Of a stretch of 64,000 bases of DNA, positions 29,920 through 38,345 are shown in pieces. The notes below the pieces were generated by a model. It made no database searches. It was not told the origin of the DNA and worked only from the letters and a program-made list of their open reading frames with translations. Within the stretch, counting starts at the first letter, position 1; the number at the start of each line of letters is the position of its first letter. Location: assembly GCA_035549255.1 (NCBI GenBank), contig DASZRD010000005.1:58-64057 (forward strand), read 5' to 3'. The position numbers and the translations under genes are program-made. This DNA comes from Minisyncoccota bacterium. GTDB lineage: Bacteria; Patescibacteriota; Minisyncoccia; Phycocordibacterales; SBAW01.

Positions 29920-30930
29920 TCACCGCTTTGCGATGATAGCCTTCTTGTAGGTCTCGAGGTGGCCGAGCGCGACACCCGTCCCTTCCGCGACGCAGAAGAG
30001 CGCGTTGTCGGCAACCTGCGCCTTGACCCCCGTGCGGCGCAAAATAAGCTCCGGGAAATTTCGCAATTGGGAAGTCCCGCCGGTGAGCGTAATGCCGCGG
30101 TCAATGATATCGGATGCCAGCTCTGGCGGCGTATCCTGGAGCACGTCGCGGATTGCTTTGATGATCTCGCGCAGCTCTTTGCCGATCGCCTTCACGACAT
30201 CGTTGGTCTTGAGGTCGGTCGATCTTGGCAGGCCGGTAATAAAGTCGCGGCCGCGTACGCTCATGACGAGCTCATCCTCCACAGGAACGGCCGAGCCAAT
30301 GCCGATCTTGATCGCCTCGGCAGTCTTCTCGCCGATGCCGAGGTTGTAGGCCTTCTTCATATAATCAACGATCGCGTGGTCGAGCCGGTCGCCCGCGCAC
30401 TTGACCGAAGTCGAGGCGACAATGCCGCCGAGGCTTATGACCGCCACGTCGGTGGTGCCCCCGCCCATGTCGACTACCATATTGCCGCGCGATTCTTGGA
30501 TCGGGATCCCTGCGCCTATGGCTGCAAGCACCGACTCTTTAACGACATACGCGCTGCGCGCGCCGGCGCGAATTGCCGCCTCGACGACGGCGCGGCGCTC
30601 GGTCGAGGTGACGCCGGTCGGGACTGACACCATTACCTCGGGCTTGAGCAACTTAAATTTCCCCATCGCCTTGCGGATAAAGTAGCGCAGCATCGCTTGC
30701 GTCACGCGGTAATCGGCGATGACGCCGTCCTTGAGCGGCCGGTACGCAATAATTTCCTCCGGCGTGCGGCCGATCATTTCCTTCGCCTCGGCGCCGACGG
30801 CGAGGATCCGCTTGTCTTCAGTAATAGCTACCACCGACGGCTCATTGAGCACGACGCCCTTCCCCGGCACGAACACAAGCGTGTTTGCTGTGCCTAAATC
30901 AATCCCGAGTTTTGGAGAGAAAAATGCCAT
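29920..30930 (-). CDS. mreB: Second MreB/Mbl paralog
   Basis: GIDLGTANT, RPLKDGVIADY, DMGGGTT. Confidence 0.95.
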   Translation of the reverse strand: MAFFSPKLGIDLGTANTLVFVPGKGVVLNEPSVVAITEDKRILAVGAEAKEMIGRTPEEIIAYRPLKDGVIADYRVTQAMLRYFIRKAMGKFKLLKPEVMVSVPTGVTSTERRAVVEAAIRAGARSAYVVKESVLAAIGAGIPIQESRGNMVVDMGGGTTDVAVISLGGIVASTSVKCAGDRLDHAIVDYMKKAYNLGIGEKTAEAIKIGIGSAVPVEDELVMSVRGRDFITGLPRSTDLKTNDVVKAIGKELREIIKAIRDVLQDTPPELASDIIDRGITLTGGTSQLRNFPELILRRTGVKAQVADNALFCVAEGTGVALGHLETYKKAIIAKR

Positions 30931-30942
30931 CGCATAGGCATT

Positions 30943-32235
30943 TTATACTTGTTCCCGCCGTATTGAAAGCCCAAGCCTCGCGAGGCGCTCCTCGATCTTT
31001 TCGTAGCCTCTATCTATATGGTATACGCGGTCGATGGTCGACGTGCCGTGGGCAACTGCTGCGGCAAGGAGGAAGGCAAGGCCAGCACGGATATCGGGGC
31101 TCTCAAGCTCGCGGCCATGGAGGACGCTCGGGCCTTTGACGGTAATTTGTTGCGGGTTCCAGAGCGTAATATCGGCACCCATGCGCACAAGGTCGTGGAT
31201 GTAATTAAGCCGCCCGCCGTAAATCGTCTCGAATAACGTGCTCTCGCCCGCGCACTGCGTGAGGTAAACCACCATCGGCGGCTGCAGGTCGGTCGCGAAG
31301 CCCGGATATTCGTGCGTGCGTACCGAGAGAGGCTGAAGTACTTTTGCGGAATCTCCGCCGCGCACCGTTACCGAATCTTTACCGACTGTTATATCGACGC
31401 CCGACTCGCGCAAGAGTTCGACCAGCATCTCGATATGGAGCGGCTCGCATTTTTCTATCGTTACTTCCTCGCCTGCGATGGCACCTAATATGACGAAGCT
31501 CCCCGCCTCGATGCGGTCAGGCACGGTCGCGAAGAACTTCCCTCCTGCATGAAGCATGCTGCCGCCTTGGATGGTAATCGTCGGCGTGCCGACGCCGCGG
31601 ATGTTTGCGCCGCACGAGTTAAGGAATTCCGCGAGCGCGACGATCTCGGGCTCCATTGCCGCATTACGCAGCACGGTAGTTCCCTCGGCCAGCACGGCCG
31701 CCATCATGAGGGTCTCGGTGCCGGTGACCGACACGAAGCGGAAGAAAATCTCGGCGCCACGCAGCCGGCCGCCGCGCGCAGCGATCGTGTAACGCTCGCC
31801 ATCGAGGGAAACCTCGCATCCCATCGCGCGAAACCCCTGGAGAAACAGGTCGATTGGCCGCGGGCCGATCACGTCGCCGCCCGGGTGCGGGAAGGAAACC
31901 TTGCCAAACCGGGCGAGCACTGGGCCCGCAAAGACGATCGAGGCGCGAAGCCGCCGCGCGATCGCGTCGTCGAGCTCATGCGTGTTCGCCGCACTGGTAG
32001 CGATCGTGAGCGCGTGGTCGGTACGCTCGACGGTCGCTCCCATCGCCTCGAGCAGCTCTTTGACGCGCTCAACGTCCTCAATATCCGGCACATTGGTAAG
32101 ATGCACCGCATCATCAAAAAGAAGCGCCGCCGGCATCGATTTGAGGATCGCATTCTTGGCACCTCCGACGGCTATAGCGCCGCGCAATTTCCTTTGTCCC
32201 GCCAGCCCTTCGATCAGAAATTTTTCAGGCTTCAT
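30943..32235 (-). CDS. murA: UDP-GlcNAc 1-carboxyvinyltransferase
   Basis: GAKNA, RASI, PGGDVIGPRP, SVTGTE, PDRIEAG, PGFATD, DIRAG, IDRGYE. Confidence 0.95.
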   Translation of the reverse strand: MKPEKFLIEGLAGQRKLRGAIAVGGAKNAILKSMPAALLFDDAVHLTNVPDIEDVERVKELLEAMGATVERTDHALTIATSAANTHELDDAIARRLRASIVFAGPVLARFGKVSFPHPGGDVIGPRPIDLFLQGFRAMGCEVSLDGERYTIAARGGRLRGAEIFFRFVSVTGTETLMMAAVLAEGTTVLRNAAMEPEIVALAEFLNSCGANIRGVGTPTITIQGGSMLHAGGKFFATVPDRIEAGSFVILGAIAGEEVTIEKCEPLHIEMLVELLRESGVDITVGKDSVTVRGGDSAKVLQPLSVRTHEYPGFATDLQPPMVVYLTQCAGESTLFETIYGGRLNYIHDLVRMGADITLWNPQQITVKGPSVLHGRELESPDIRAGLAFLLAAAVAHGTSTIDRVYHIDRGYEKIEERLARLGLSIRREQV

Positions 32236-32575
32236 CTTTTGTATGTTTCCTTGCCACGCGGCGTTTCGCTGGCTGCGGCTTCTTTTTTGTTTGTTCTTCC
32301 TTCTTCTCAAGTTCGGTATGCTTCTTGGGATTTACCTCCCACCAGAATTTTTTGGAGAAGTCTTTGGCGTTATCGCAGACACTCTTTAAGTAATAGAGAT
32401 CTTTGGTCGGGATCGCCTGGAGGATCCGCCCCATGCGCGGGAGTGTCAGGGGCGGCCAACCGTCGCGCACGCGCGCCGCGTTGAGCTTCAGCATGAAATA
32501 GCGCAGCATCTCGCCGCGCTCGGTGGCGCGGTCGCGGCCTCGCTTCTCGACCAGATGCAGCTTGATATGATCCAC
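32225..32575 (-). CDS. Hypothetical basic protein
   Basis: GTG start 6 nt after TACAAT; TERGEML...DLYYLKSVC...FSKKFWW; overlaps the murA start. Confidence 0.7.
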   Translation of the reverse strand: MDHIKLHLVEKRGRDRATERGEMLRYFMLKLNAARVRDGWPPLTLPRMGRILQAIPTKDLYYLKSVCDNAKDFSKKFWWEVNPKKHTELEKKEEQTKKKPQPAKRRVARKHTKDEA

Positions 32576-32627
32576 GGCCCCATTGTAGCGCGTTGCGCGC
32601 GAGGCAAAAAATTGGCAGAGTTGAGGT

Positions 32628-33170
32628 ATGTCTAAGGACCCCATCGTCCAGATCGGCGACCCGGTCTTGCGGGCGGTCGCAAAACCCTTGAAGCTCAAGG
32701 ATATTTCCGCGCGCCCGACCAAGTCCCTGATCGCAAAGATGAAAAGAGCGCTTGCGAGCGAGGAGTACGGGGTAGCAATCGCCGCGCCGCAGGTGGGCGC
32801 CTCGCTGCGGCTTTTCGTCGTAGCCGGGAAAGTATTCAAAGAGGATGAAGACGCCAAAGACGAGCCGACGCCGTCCGACCGCGTCTATATCAACCCCGAG
32901 ATCACCCGCCGCTCCAAGAAGCAGGGCGAGATGGCTGAGGGCTGCCTTTCGGTGCGCGGGCAATACGGCACCGTCATGCGCCACGAGAAGGTGACGCTTA
33001 AAGCGCTCGACGAAGGCGGCAAACCGATCCTCCAGCACGCCTCGGGCCTGCTCGCGCATATCTTCCAGCATGAGACCGACCATCTCGACGGCATACTGTA
33101 TATAGACAAGGCTGCGCGGCTGACCGACGACAGCGAGCGAGCGCCGCTCAGGGAAGAGTCTCCCGCATAA
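32628..33170 (+). CDS. def: Peptide deformylase
   Basis: GVAIAAPQVG, EGCLS, QHETDHLDG. Confidence 0.96.
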   Translation: MSKDPIVQIGDPVLRAVAKPLKLKDISARPTKSLIAKMKRALASEEYGVAIAAPQVGASLRLFVVAGKVFKEDEDAKDEPTPSDRVYINPEITRRSKKQGEMAEGCLSVRGQYGTVMRHEKVTLKALDEGGKPILQHASGLLAHIFQHETDHLDGILYIDKAARLTDDSERAPLREESPA

Positions 33171-33177
33171 TCTCTAT

Positions 33178-34029
33178 ATGAGTAGCAAACCGCTCTTCGC
33201 ATTCTTCGGGACGCCGCGCTTCGCGGTTGTGGTACTCGACGCGCTCGAGGCGCACGGCCTCGTGCCGGCGCTTATCATTACAGCGCCGGACAAAGCGCGC
33301 GGGCGCGGCCAGCAGGTGTCGCCTTCGCCCGTCAAAGCATGGGCGCTTGAGCGCGGCATCGACACCATAACGCCCGCGACGCTCAAGGACGGCGCCCTTG
33401 CCGCCGAGCTCGGCAATACGCAATGGGAGGTTTTCGTCGTGGCGGCATATAACAAATTGATCCCCAAAACTATTCTCGATATCCCGCGCAAGGGTTCGCT
33501 CAATATCCATCCTTCCCTTCTGCCAAAGTTCCGCGGGCCGTCGCCGGCGCTCTCGGCCATACTTGCGGACGAGCGCGCGACCGGAGTGAGCGTCATGCAG
33601 ATGAATGAAGAGATGGACGCGGGGCCGGTTGTCGCGCAAGCGAGGGTAGAGCTTGAAGAAGACGCCTGGCCGCCCAAAGGGCAGATGTTCGAGGACCTGC
33701 TCGCAACTGAGGGCGGCAACCTCTTGGCCGAAATATTGCCCGACTGGCTCGCGAGCGAGATCGTGCCGGAAATACAAGATGCAAGCAAAGCGACTTTTAC
33801 GCGCAAATTCACCGACGAAGACGCGAAAATCGATTTGCAGGCTGACGCGCGGCAAAACTTGCTCAAGATCAGGGCATTCGATCACGGCCCGCGCGCCTAC
33901 TTCCTCGACGAGTCAGGCAAGCGCGTCATCATCACCGATGCCGAGGTACGAGATAACAAGCTAGAAATCTTAAAAGTCATCCCCGAGGGCAAAAAAGAGA
34001 TACCATATAAGGATTTCCCAGGCCGTTGA
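33178..34029 (+). CDS. fmt: Methionyl-tRNA formyltransferase
   Basis: FFGTPRFA, NIHPSLLPKFRG, MDAGP. Confidence 0.95.
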   Translation: MSSKPLFAFFGTPRFAVVVLDALEAHGLVPALIITAPDKARGRGQQVSPSPVKAWALERGIDTITPATLKDGALAAELGNTQWEVFVVAAYNKLIPKTILDIPRKGSLNIHPSLLPKFRGPSPALSAILADERATGVSVMQMNEEMDAGPVVAQARVELEEDAWPPKGQMFEDLLATEGGNLLAEILPDWLASEIVPEIQDASKATFTRKFTDEDAKIDLQADARQNLLKIRAFDHGPRAYFLDESGKRVIITDAEVRDNKLEILKVIPEGKKEIPYKDFPGR

Positions 34030-34057
34030 CTTTATATAAAAGAGGAGTATAATTGCA

Positions 34058-34290
34058 AGTAGATACAGAGCTTCGCGCGACGGCAAGTGCGGCCTTGGCC
34101 CCACTCCCCGGCGCGAAGGAGGTGCGAGCAGACTATCGCGTCGCATCTTGGACGGTCCAGCCTCGAAAGAGGAATCTCCAAGGAGTAAATGGATCTTCCG
34201 AATGGCGCTCCTACCAAAGCGCCGACAAAGCCGGTTTCCGCAGCGCATCCTCCCAGGGATTGCAGCAGCGGAAACCGGCTTTTATTTTTA
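34058..34290 (+). ncRNA. Candidate structured ncRNA
   Basis: TTGACT-16-TATAAT (34026-34053), five hairpins including CCTC-GAAA-GAGG, and a 15-bp terminal stem followed by a T tract. Confidence 0.5.
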
Positions 34291-34293
34291 TAG

Positions 34294-34653
34294 TCAGCCG
34301 CGGAAGCCGCGCAGGATATCTTTTATCTTCCCCGCACCGCGACGGATGAGGTGCATGCGCTTTTTCTTTTGCCGAGCGAGCTCGTGAAATAATTCACCTT
34401 CGACGAGGTCGATTGCCTCGTGGAGCGCATCGCCGCGCGCCTCCGCGCGCAATGGTTGCGCCAGCTTCGGCGAATGGAGCATTACTTCCGCGCGGTATTT
34501 CTTCTCTTGGCCGACCGAATACTCCACCTCGACGTCTGCGCGCGCCGAGTCCGCATCCCTCACGAGCTTATCGAGTCCGCTGAGCTTTCTTTCAACATAC
34601 AAGCGGATCTCGTCTGAGACTTCCAAGCCCGTGCCCTTGATGTTGTAGTTCAT
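34294..34653 (-). CDS. hpf: Ribosome hibernation factor (short HPF/RaiA)
   Basis: MNYNIKGTGLEVSDEIRLYVERKL...LHEAIDLVEGEL. Confidence 0.88.
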   Translation of the reverse strand: MNYNIKGTGLEVSDEIRLYVERKLSGLDKLVRDADSARADVEVEYSVGQEKKYRAEVMLHSPKLAQPLRAEARGDALHEAIDLVEGELFHELARQKKKRMHLIRRGAGKIKDILRGFRG

Positions 34654-34711
34654 TGAAGATATCTACCGGTTAATGCCTGTAGTATACCGAATAACTATAG
34701 AGGATAGGAAT

Positions 34712-35377
34712 CTAGGGACTCGTCGTCCAGTCGCGCACTATGCTTGCGTCAAGAAGATTGGGCGCGGCCTGATCGACATAGCCCTCGGCGCCGATGAAAT
34801 CGCCGACGCGCAAGCCCTCAAGCGTGCCGCTTGTCGCGTACGGAGGTATCACGGTCGACGCGCCGGATATCTGGACAATCCACACGCCGCCCCAGGTATT
34901 GATCGTTACCGACGTCGGTCCGACGGTCGCGACGGTACCACGGATAAGCGCGCTACCGTCGGCCGCGATCTCGACGACCCTCGGCGCGGGCGTGGTACCC
35001 GCGGCCGGATAGAGCGCCGGCGCAATCATAGTGCTCGACGCAGCGGTGGAAGCATCAGAGGTTGCAGATGGATTAGAATTCGGAGAAGTAGAAGCGGAGA
35101 ATACGGCGGCTCCCGGCGCCGAAAGGGTGATGTAGGTCGGCGGGAAGAACGGGTTTGGCACGCCGGTACTGGTTGCCGTAAGGGTATACGTGCCGTCCGA
35201 GTTCTGTACCGAAGAGCTTGCCGACACCCAGACCGGTGCACTCGATAACGCGGAAGAGCTCGCAGCCGTAGTCGCGCCGTCCGCCAGCGCGACGCCGCCG
35301 ATTGCCAGGATGCCGCCGAGCGCCAAGAATGCGAAAGTAGTGAATATTAATCGCGTGTACTTGCCGACTTTCATCAT
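34712..35377 (-). CDS. Secreted Ser/Thr-rich protein with OB-like C-terminal domain
   Basis: Signal peptide ending ALA; LRVGDFIGAEGYV...LDASIVRD. Confidence 0.65.
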   Translation of the reverse strand: MMKVGKYTRLIFTTFAFLALGGILAIGGVALADGATTAASSSALSSAPVWVSASSSVQNSDGTYTLTATSTGVPNPFFPPTYITLSAPGAAVFSASTSPNSNPSATSDASTAASSTMIAPALYPAAGTTPAPRVVEIAADGSALIRGTVATVGPTSVTINTWGGVWIVQISGASTVIPPYATSGTLEGLRVGDFIGAEGYVDQAAPNLLDASIVRDWTTSP

Positions 35378-35448
35378 AATAAAGACCTTACGCCGCAAGC
35401 GATGAACGCAGGGTGAATGAACCGTTGCATGCATGCTACGATTTATCC

Positions 35449-36777
35449 ATGCTGCGCCCTGCTTCCTTTACTTTTGGCACCTATACTATTGACCCGGCTC
35501 GCTCGGCTATCAGCTTCACCTACCGCGTCGGGTTCGAGAGCGGCAGAGTGCGCACATACACCGACCGCCTTATATTCCCTGACGTTACGCCGGGGTTATG
35601 GGAGAAAGTGCCCAAGGCCGTGCTTGAACCGACGCTCCAGGCGCTGCTCCTCATGCTCGGCATCAACTATTGGTGCGTCTTTCGTACGAGCAACATATAT
35701 ATTGAAAGGTTTGCGCTTACGCGCGAGCAAGCGGAATTTTGGAACACGCTGTATCTCAATGGATTAGGAGAATTCTTCTTCGATATGAAGATCGATTTCG
35801 ATAACCTGATCGTATTTCCTTACGACGCATCTCTCAGCGCGCCCGAGCCGCGCGGGCTCGGGCGCGCTGCCGGGCAGCTAGGGCGCGCGCTCCTACTCAA
35901 TGGCGCAGGCAAAGATTCAATCCTCTCCGCCGAGATACTCAAGGCGGCATCTATTCCGTTCGATTTCTTTGTGTTCGCTCCAACTCCCGCACACAATCGC
36001 ATTGCTTCGCTCGTGGGCGCCAAGACGATAAGCGTTAACCGCCGTCGCGACCCGCGCCTCAATCTGATCGGCGCGCTCTGCAGGACGTCGAGCGCCTATC
36101 CATCCGTATCGACATTTACGTTTGTTGCCACATTACTTGCGGAATTACTCGGCTACGACTCGATCATCTTCTCCAACGAGCGCAGCGCCGACTTCGGCAA
36201 CCTTACTTATCTCGGCCTCTCGGTAAATCATCAGTGGTGCAAGTCGTCAGAGGCCGAGAAGCTTATCAACGACTACATTCGGCGATTCATAACTCCCGAT
36301 ATCTCGACCCGCTCGCTCTTGCGAAGCTACAGCGAGCTCGAAATCGTGCGGCGATTCGCGCACTACCCTCAGTACCTCAAGCAGGTCACCAGTTGCAACG
36401 CGTATTTCTGGCTCTCGCGCCCCGAGCAGCTCTTCCTGTCGCGCAAGAGAGCCTATTGGTGCAAGACATGCCCCAAATGCGTATTCCTCTTCGCCTGCTT
36501 CGCGGCATACCTCCCGAAAAAAGAAGTGGTCGAGATGTTTGGCGCCGATCTCTACCAGCGCAAACGCCTCTTGCCGCTCACGCGGCGCATCCTCGGGTTA
36601 GAAGGCTTCAAACCGCTTGATTGCGTCGGCGAACCCGAAGAAATGATCCTTGCCATGCACTATGCGGTGCGCGGCAAAGAGTATGCCGGCGAGCCGGCGA
36701 TGAACATGTTCGAACAGAGCTTCCCCGTAGACTACAATTTCAAAGAAATCGAGCGAAAAGTACTTTCAAATATATAA
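35449..36777 (+). CDS. murL: MurL-like UDP-MurNAc-L-Ala-L-Glu epimerase
   Basis: GLGEFF, GKDS PP-loop, SNERSA, NHQWCKS, WCKTCPKC, KPLDCVGE. Confidence 0.8.
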   Translation: MLRPASFTFGTYTIDPARSAISFTYRVGFESGRVRTYTDRLIFPDVTPGLWEKVPKAVLEPTLQALLLMLGINYWCVFRTSNIYIERFALTREQAEFWNTLYLNGLGEFFFDMKIDFDNLIVFPYDASLSAPEPRGLGRAAGQLGRALLLNGAGKDSILSAEILKAASIPFDFFVFAPTPAHNRIASLVGAKTISVNRRRDPRLNLIGALCRTSSAYPSVSTFTFVATLLAELLGYDSIIFSNERSADFGNLTYLGLSVNHQWCKSSEAEKLINDYIRRFITPDISTRSLLRSYSELEIVRRFAHYPQYLKQVTSCNAYFWLSRPEQLFLSRKRAYWCKTCPKCVFLFACFAAYLPKKEVVEMFGADLYQRKRLLPLTRRILGLEGFKPLDCVGEPEEMILAMHYAVRGKEYAGEPAMNMFEQSFPVDYNFKEIERKVLSNI

Positions 36778-36795
36778 AACAGGAGACGCTTTCTG

Positions 36796-37008
36796 TTACT
36801 TATTTTGGATGTTGTTCGTAGAGCGATTTTTATAGCTGTAGTACGCCTCAAAAGCCGCAAAGAGAACTGCCCATACGAAGAATAAGTAGATCCACGCGTC
36901 CCGATAGTCCGTGTCTCTGGTCCACCAGGCTGTAGCAATTACTACAAGTCCCCAAACAAGAGACATAACAATCGTCCCTCCGTGTATTTTAGTAAACAGT
37001 GAGGTCAT
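36796..37008 (-). CDS. Small 2-TM protein
   Basis: Two hydrophobic segments; TAAAAT 6 nt before the ATG. Confidence 0.6.
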   Translation of the reverse strand: MTSLFTKIHGGTIVMSLVWGLVVIATAWWTRDTDYRDAWIYLFFVWAVLFAAFEAYYSYKNRSTNNIQNK

Positions 37009-37036
37009 ATTCTTATTTTAGCACAATCGACTTTTG

Positions 37037-37292
37037 CTCCGCGGGTAGGACTCGAACCTACAACCAACTCCTTACACATATCCTCTTATTACTAAAAGGT
37101 GTGGACTATATCATCTTCCCAAAGGAAGTTTCGGTATCTAGTCTCTACGGCGCCCTCGCACCATGCGAGGTTCCCACGGTGTTGCCCTCTTTAAAAGTAG
37201 GGGTTCACCGTTATCCCGAAATTATTCAATCCGCCTTGCGGCGAAAGGCTGCCTGTCGACAGGGAGCTGCTCTACCATTGAGCTACCGCGGA
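37037..37292 (-). tRNA. tRNA-Asn (GUU) interrupted by a group I intron
   Basis: 5' exon 37292-37259 TCCGCGGTAGCTCAATGGTAGAGCAGCTCCCTGT joined to 3' exon 37074-37037 TAAGGAGTTGGTTGTAGGTTCGAGTCCTACCCGCGGAG gives a 72-nt cloverleaf with anticodon GT|T. Confidence 0.92.
37075..37258 (-). ncRNA. Group I self-splicing intron, 184 nt, no internal ORF
   Basis: Follows an exon U and ends in G. AGAGACTA and GATATAGTCC (P7 GACTA/TAGTC), P3 TTTCGG/CCGAAA, P2 with GCAA loop, P8 CTTCC/GGAAG, P9 hairpin. Confidence 0.9.
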
Positions 37293-37309
37293 ATGTGACG
37301 AACGTAAAA

Positions 37310-37360
37310 ATCATACACATTTTTTGCTTATTTATCAAACTTAACACTTAGTGTTATATT
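37310..37360. promoter_or_regulatory. Divergent promoters of tRNA-Asn and the HNH gene, with an inverted repeat
   Basis: Minus strand TTGATA-17-TATGAT; plus strand TATATT 6 nt before ATG 37367; TAACACT-T-AGTGTTA at 37342-37356. Confidence 0.55.
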
Positions 37361-37366
37361 CCCTCT

Positions 37367-37708
37367 ATGGAAAAGAAGTGCAAGATCCATGGCGTCACCA
37401 AGCACTTCCCTCGCCAGGATGGATCTTGGCGTTGCGGCAAATGCGCCTCGGCTTGGGTTATAAAAAACCGCCAAAATAAGAAAGCCCGGCTTGTAGCATT
37501 GTTTGGCGGCAGATGCATAGCCTGCGGATATAAAAAATACGCTGGCGCTCTAGACTTTCATCATATTGATCCAAATAAGAAATCTTTTGCATTGAGCGTA
37601 AAGGGTCTTTCGTACTCGTGGGAGAGTTTGGTAGCAGAGGCAAAGAAATGCGTTTTGGTTTGCAAGAATTGTCATACCGAAATTGAGGCAGGAATAATTA
37701 AGATATAG
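37367..37708 (+). CDS. Free-standing HNH endonuclease with Zn-binding motifs
   Basis: CKIH...CGKC, GGRCIACGY, LDFHHID, CVLVCKNCH; AT-rich relative to the flanks. Confidence 0.85.
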   Translation: MEKKCKIHGVTKHFPRQDGSWRCGKCASAWVIKNRQNKKARLVALFGGRCIACGYKKYAGALDFHHIDPNKKSFALSVKGLSYSWESLVAEAKKCVLVCKNCHTEIEAGIIKI

Positions 37709-37770
37709 CCTTTCTAGCGTTTGAGGCCTTGGAAGTTTCTCGACACTGACTGCAGGATTTGCTATATCAC

Positions 37771-37966
37771 ATCGGGGGCCGAAAAAATCCGGATCCACGT
37801 GCGCGACGAGCGCTTGAGGAAAGCCCGGATCGTCGGGCAGATACGCTCGGGATGTTTCAGATATTTGACCCGGGCAGGATAAAAGGAGGCATGGTTATAC
37901 CCGATCCGGAATACCCAGCCTCCTCCCCTCCGCTGAGCCGCCTCCCTGAGGCGGCTTTTCTTTTTT
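37771..37966 (+). ncRNA. Candidate structured ncRNA ending in a terminator
   Basis: TCCGGATC/GATCCGGA closing stem, internal hairpins, AGCCGCCTC-cct-GAGGCGGCT plus T tract. Confidence 0.35.
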
Positions 37967-38012
37967 GTAAAAGTGTGGTATTACTTACCAGGCTGTTTTA
38001 GGGAGATGATCC

Positions 38013-38261
38013 ATGCCCGTACAGAAAATCCCGCTTGATACGTTCCTCTCCGATGTTCGCCTGCGGCTGCCGGAACGCTGGGTTGACGCATTCCGCGGCC
38101 AAAAGATCATCATCTTGGAAGACCTCCTCAAAATCCCCGAGGCCGAAATCTTGCGGATCCCCCGCATCCGGCGGACGGATGTGGACTCTCTTCGGGAGAT
38201 ACTCGAGGAAGCCGGCTACAAAATCGGCGAGCTTGCGCCTAGGCGCTCCAAGAAGAAGTAA
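38013..38261 (+). CDS. Stand-alone RNA polymerase alpha-CTD-like protein
   Basis: LRLPERWVDAFRGQKIIILEDLLKIPEAEILRIPRI...LREILEEAGYKIG aligns by eye with the alpha-CTD; GGGAG SD. Confidence 0.7.
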   Translation: MPVQKIPLDTFLSDVRLRLPERWVDAFRGQKIIILEDLLKIPEAEILRIPRIRRTDVDSLREILEEAGYKIGELAPRRSKKK

Positions 38262-38281
38262 CTTCCTACAACCGATACAAC

Positions 38282-38316
38282 AACCCCCGCGCGGCGCCTA
38301 GCGCCGCGCGGGGGTT
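38282..38316. terminator. Terminator between convergent genes
   Basis: 16-bp perfect inverted repeat AACCCCCGCGCGGCGC/GCGCCGCGCGGGGGTT. Confidence 0.8.
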
Positions 38317-38345
38317 CTCTTTTTACGCTTCCCTTTCGAGATCAA

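Noticed and set aside
34227-34282. SRP RNA-like CAGG...AGCAG in the terminal hairpin
   Set aside because: Lacks the GNRA-capped helix-8 geometry; better explained as a terminator stem
36999-37351. ORFs 36999..37298(+) and 37163..37351(+)
   Set aside because: Antisense to the tRNA and intron, with no protein features; not an intron-encoded nuclease
37771-37840. Resemblance to RNase P (GAGGAAAGCCC) or the tmRNA 5' end (GGGGGCCGAA)
   Set aside because: No matching RNase P 3' P4 strand and no tmRNA T-arm or CCA end; element too short
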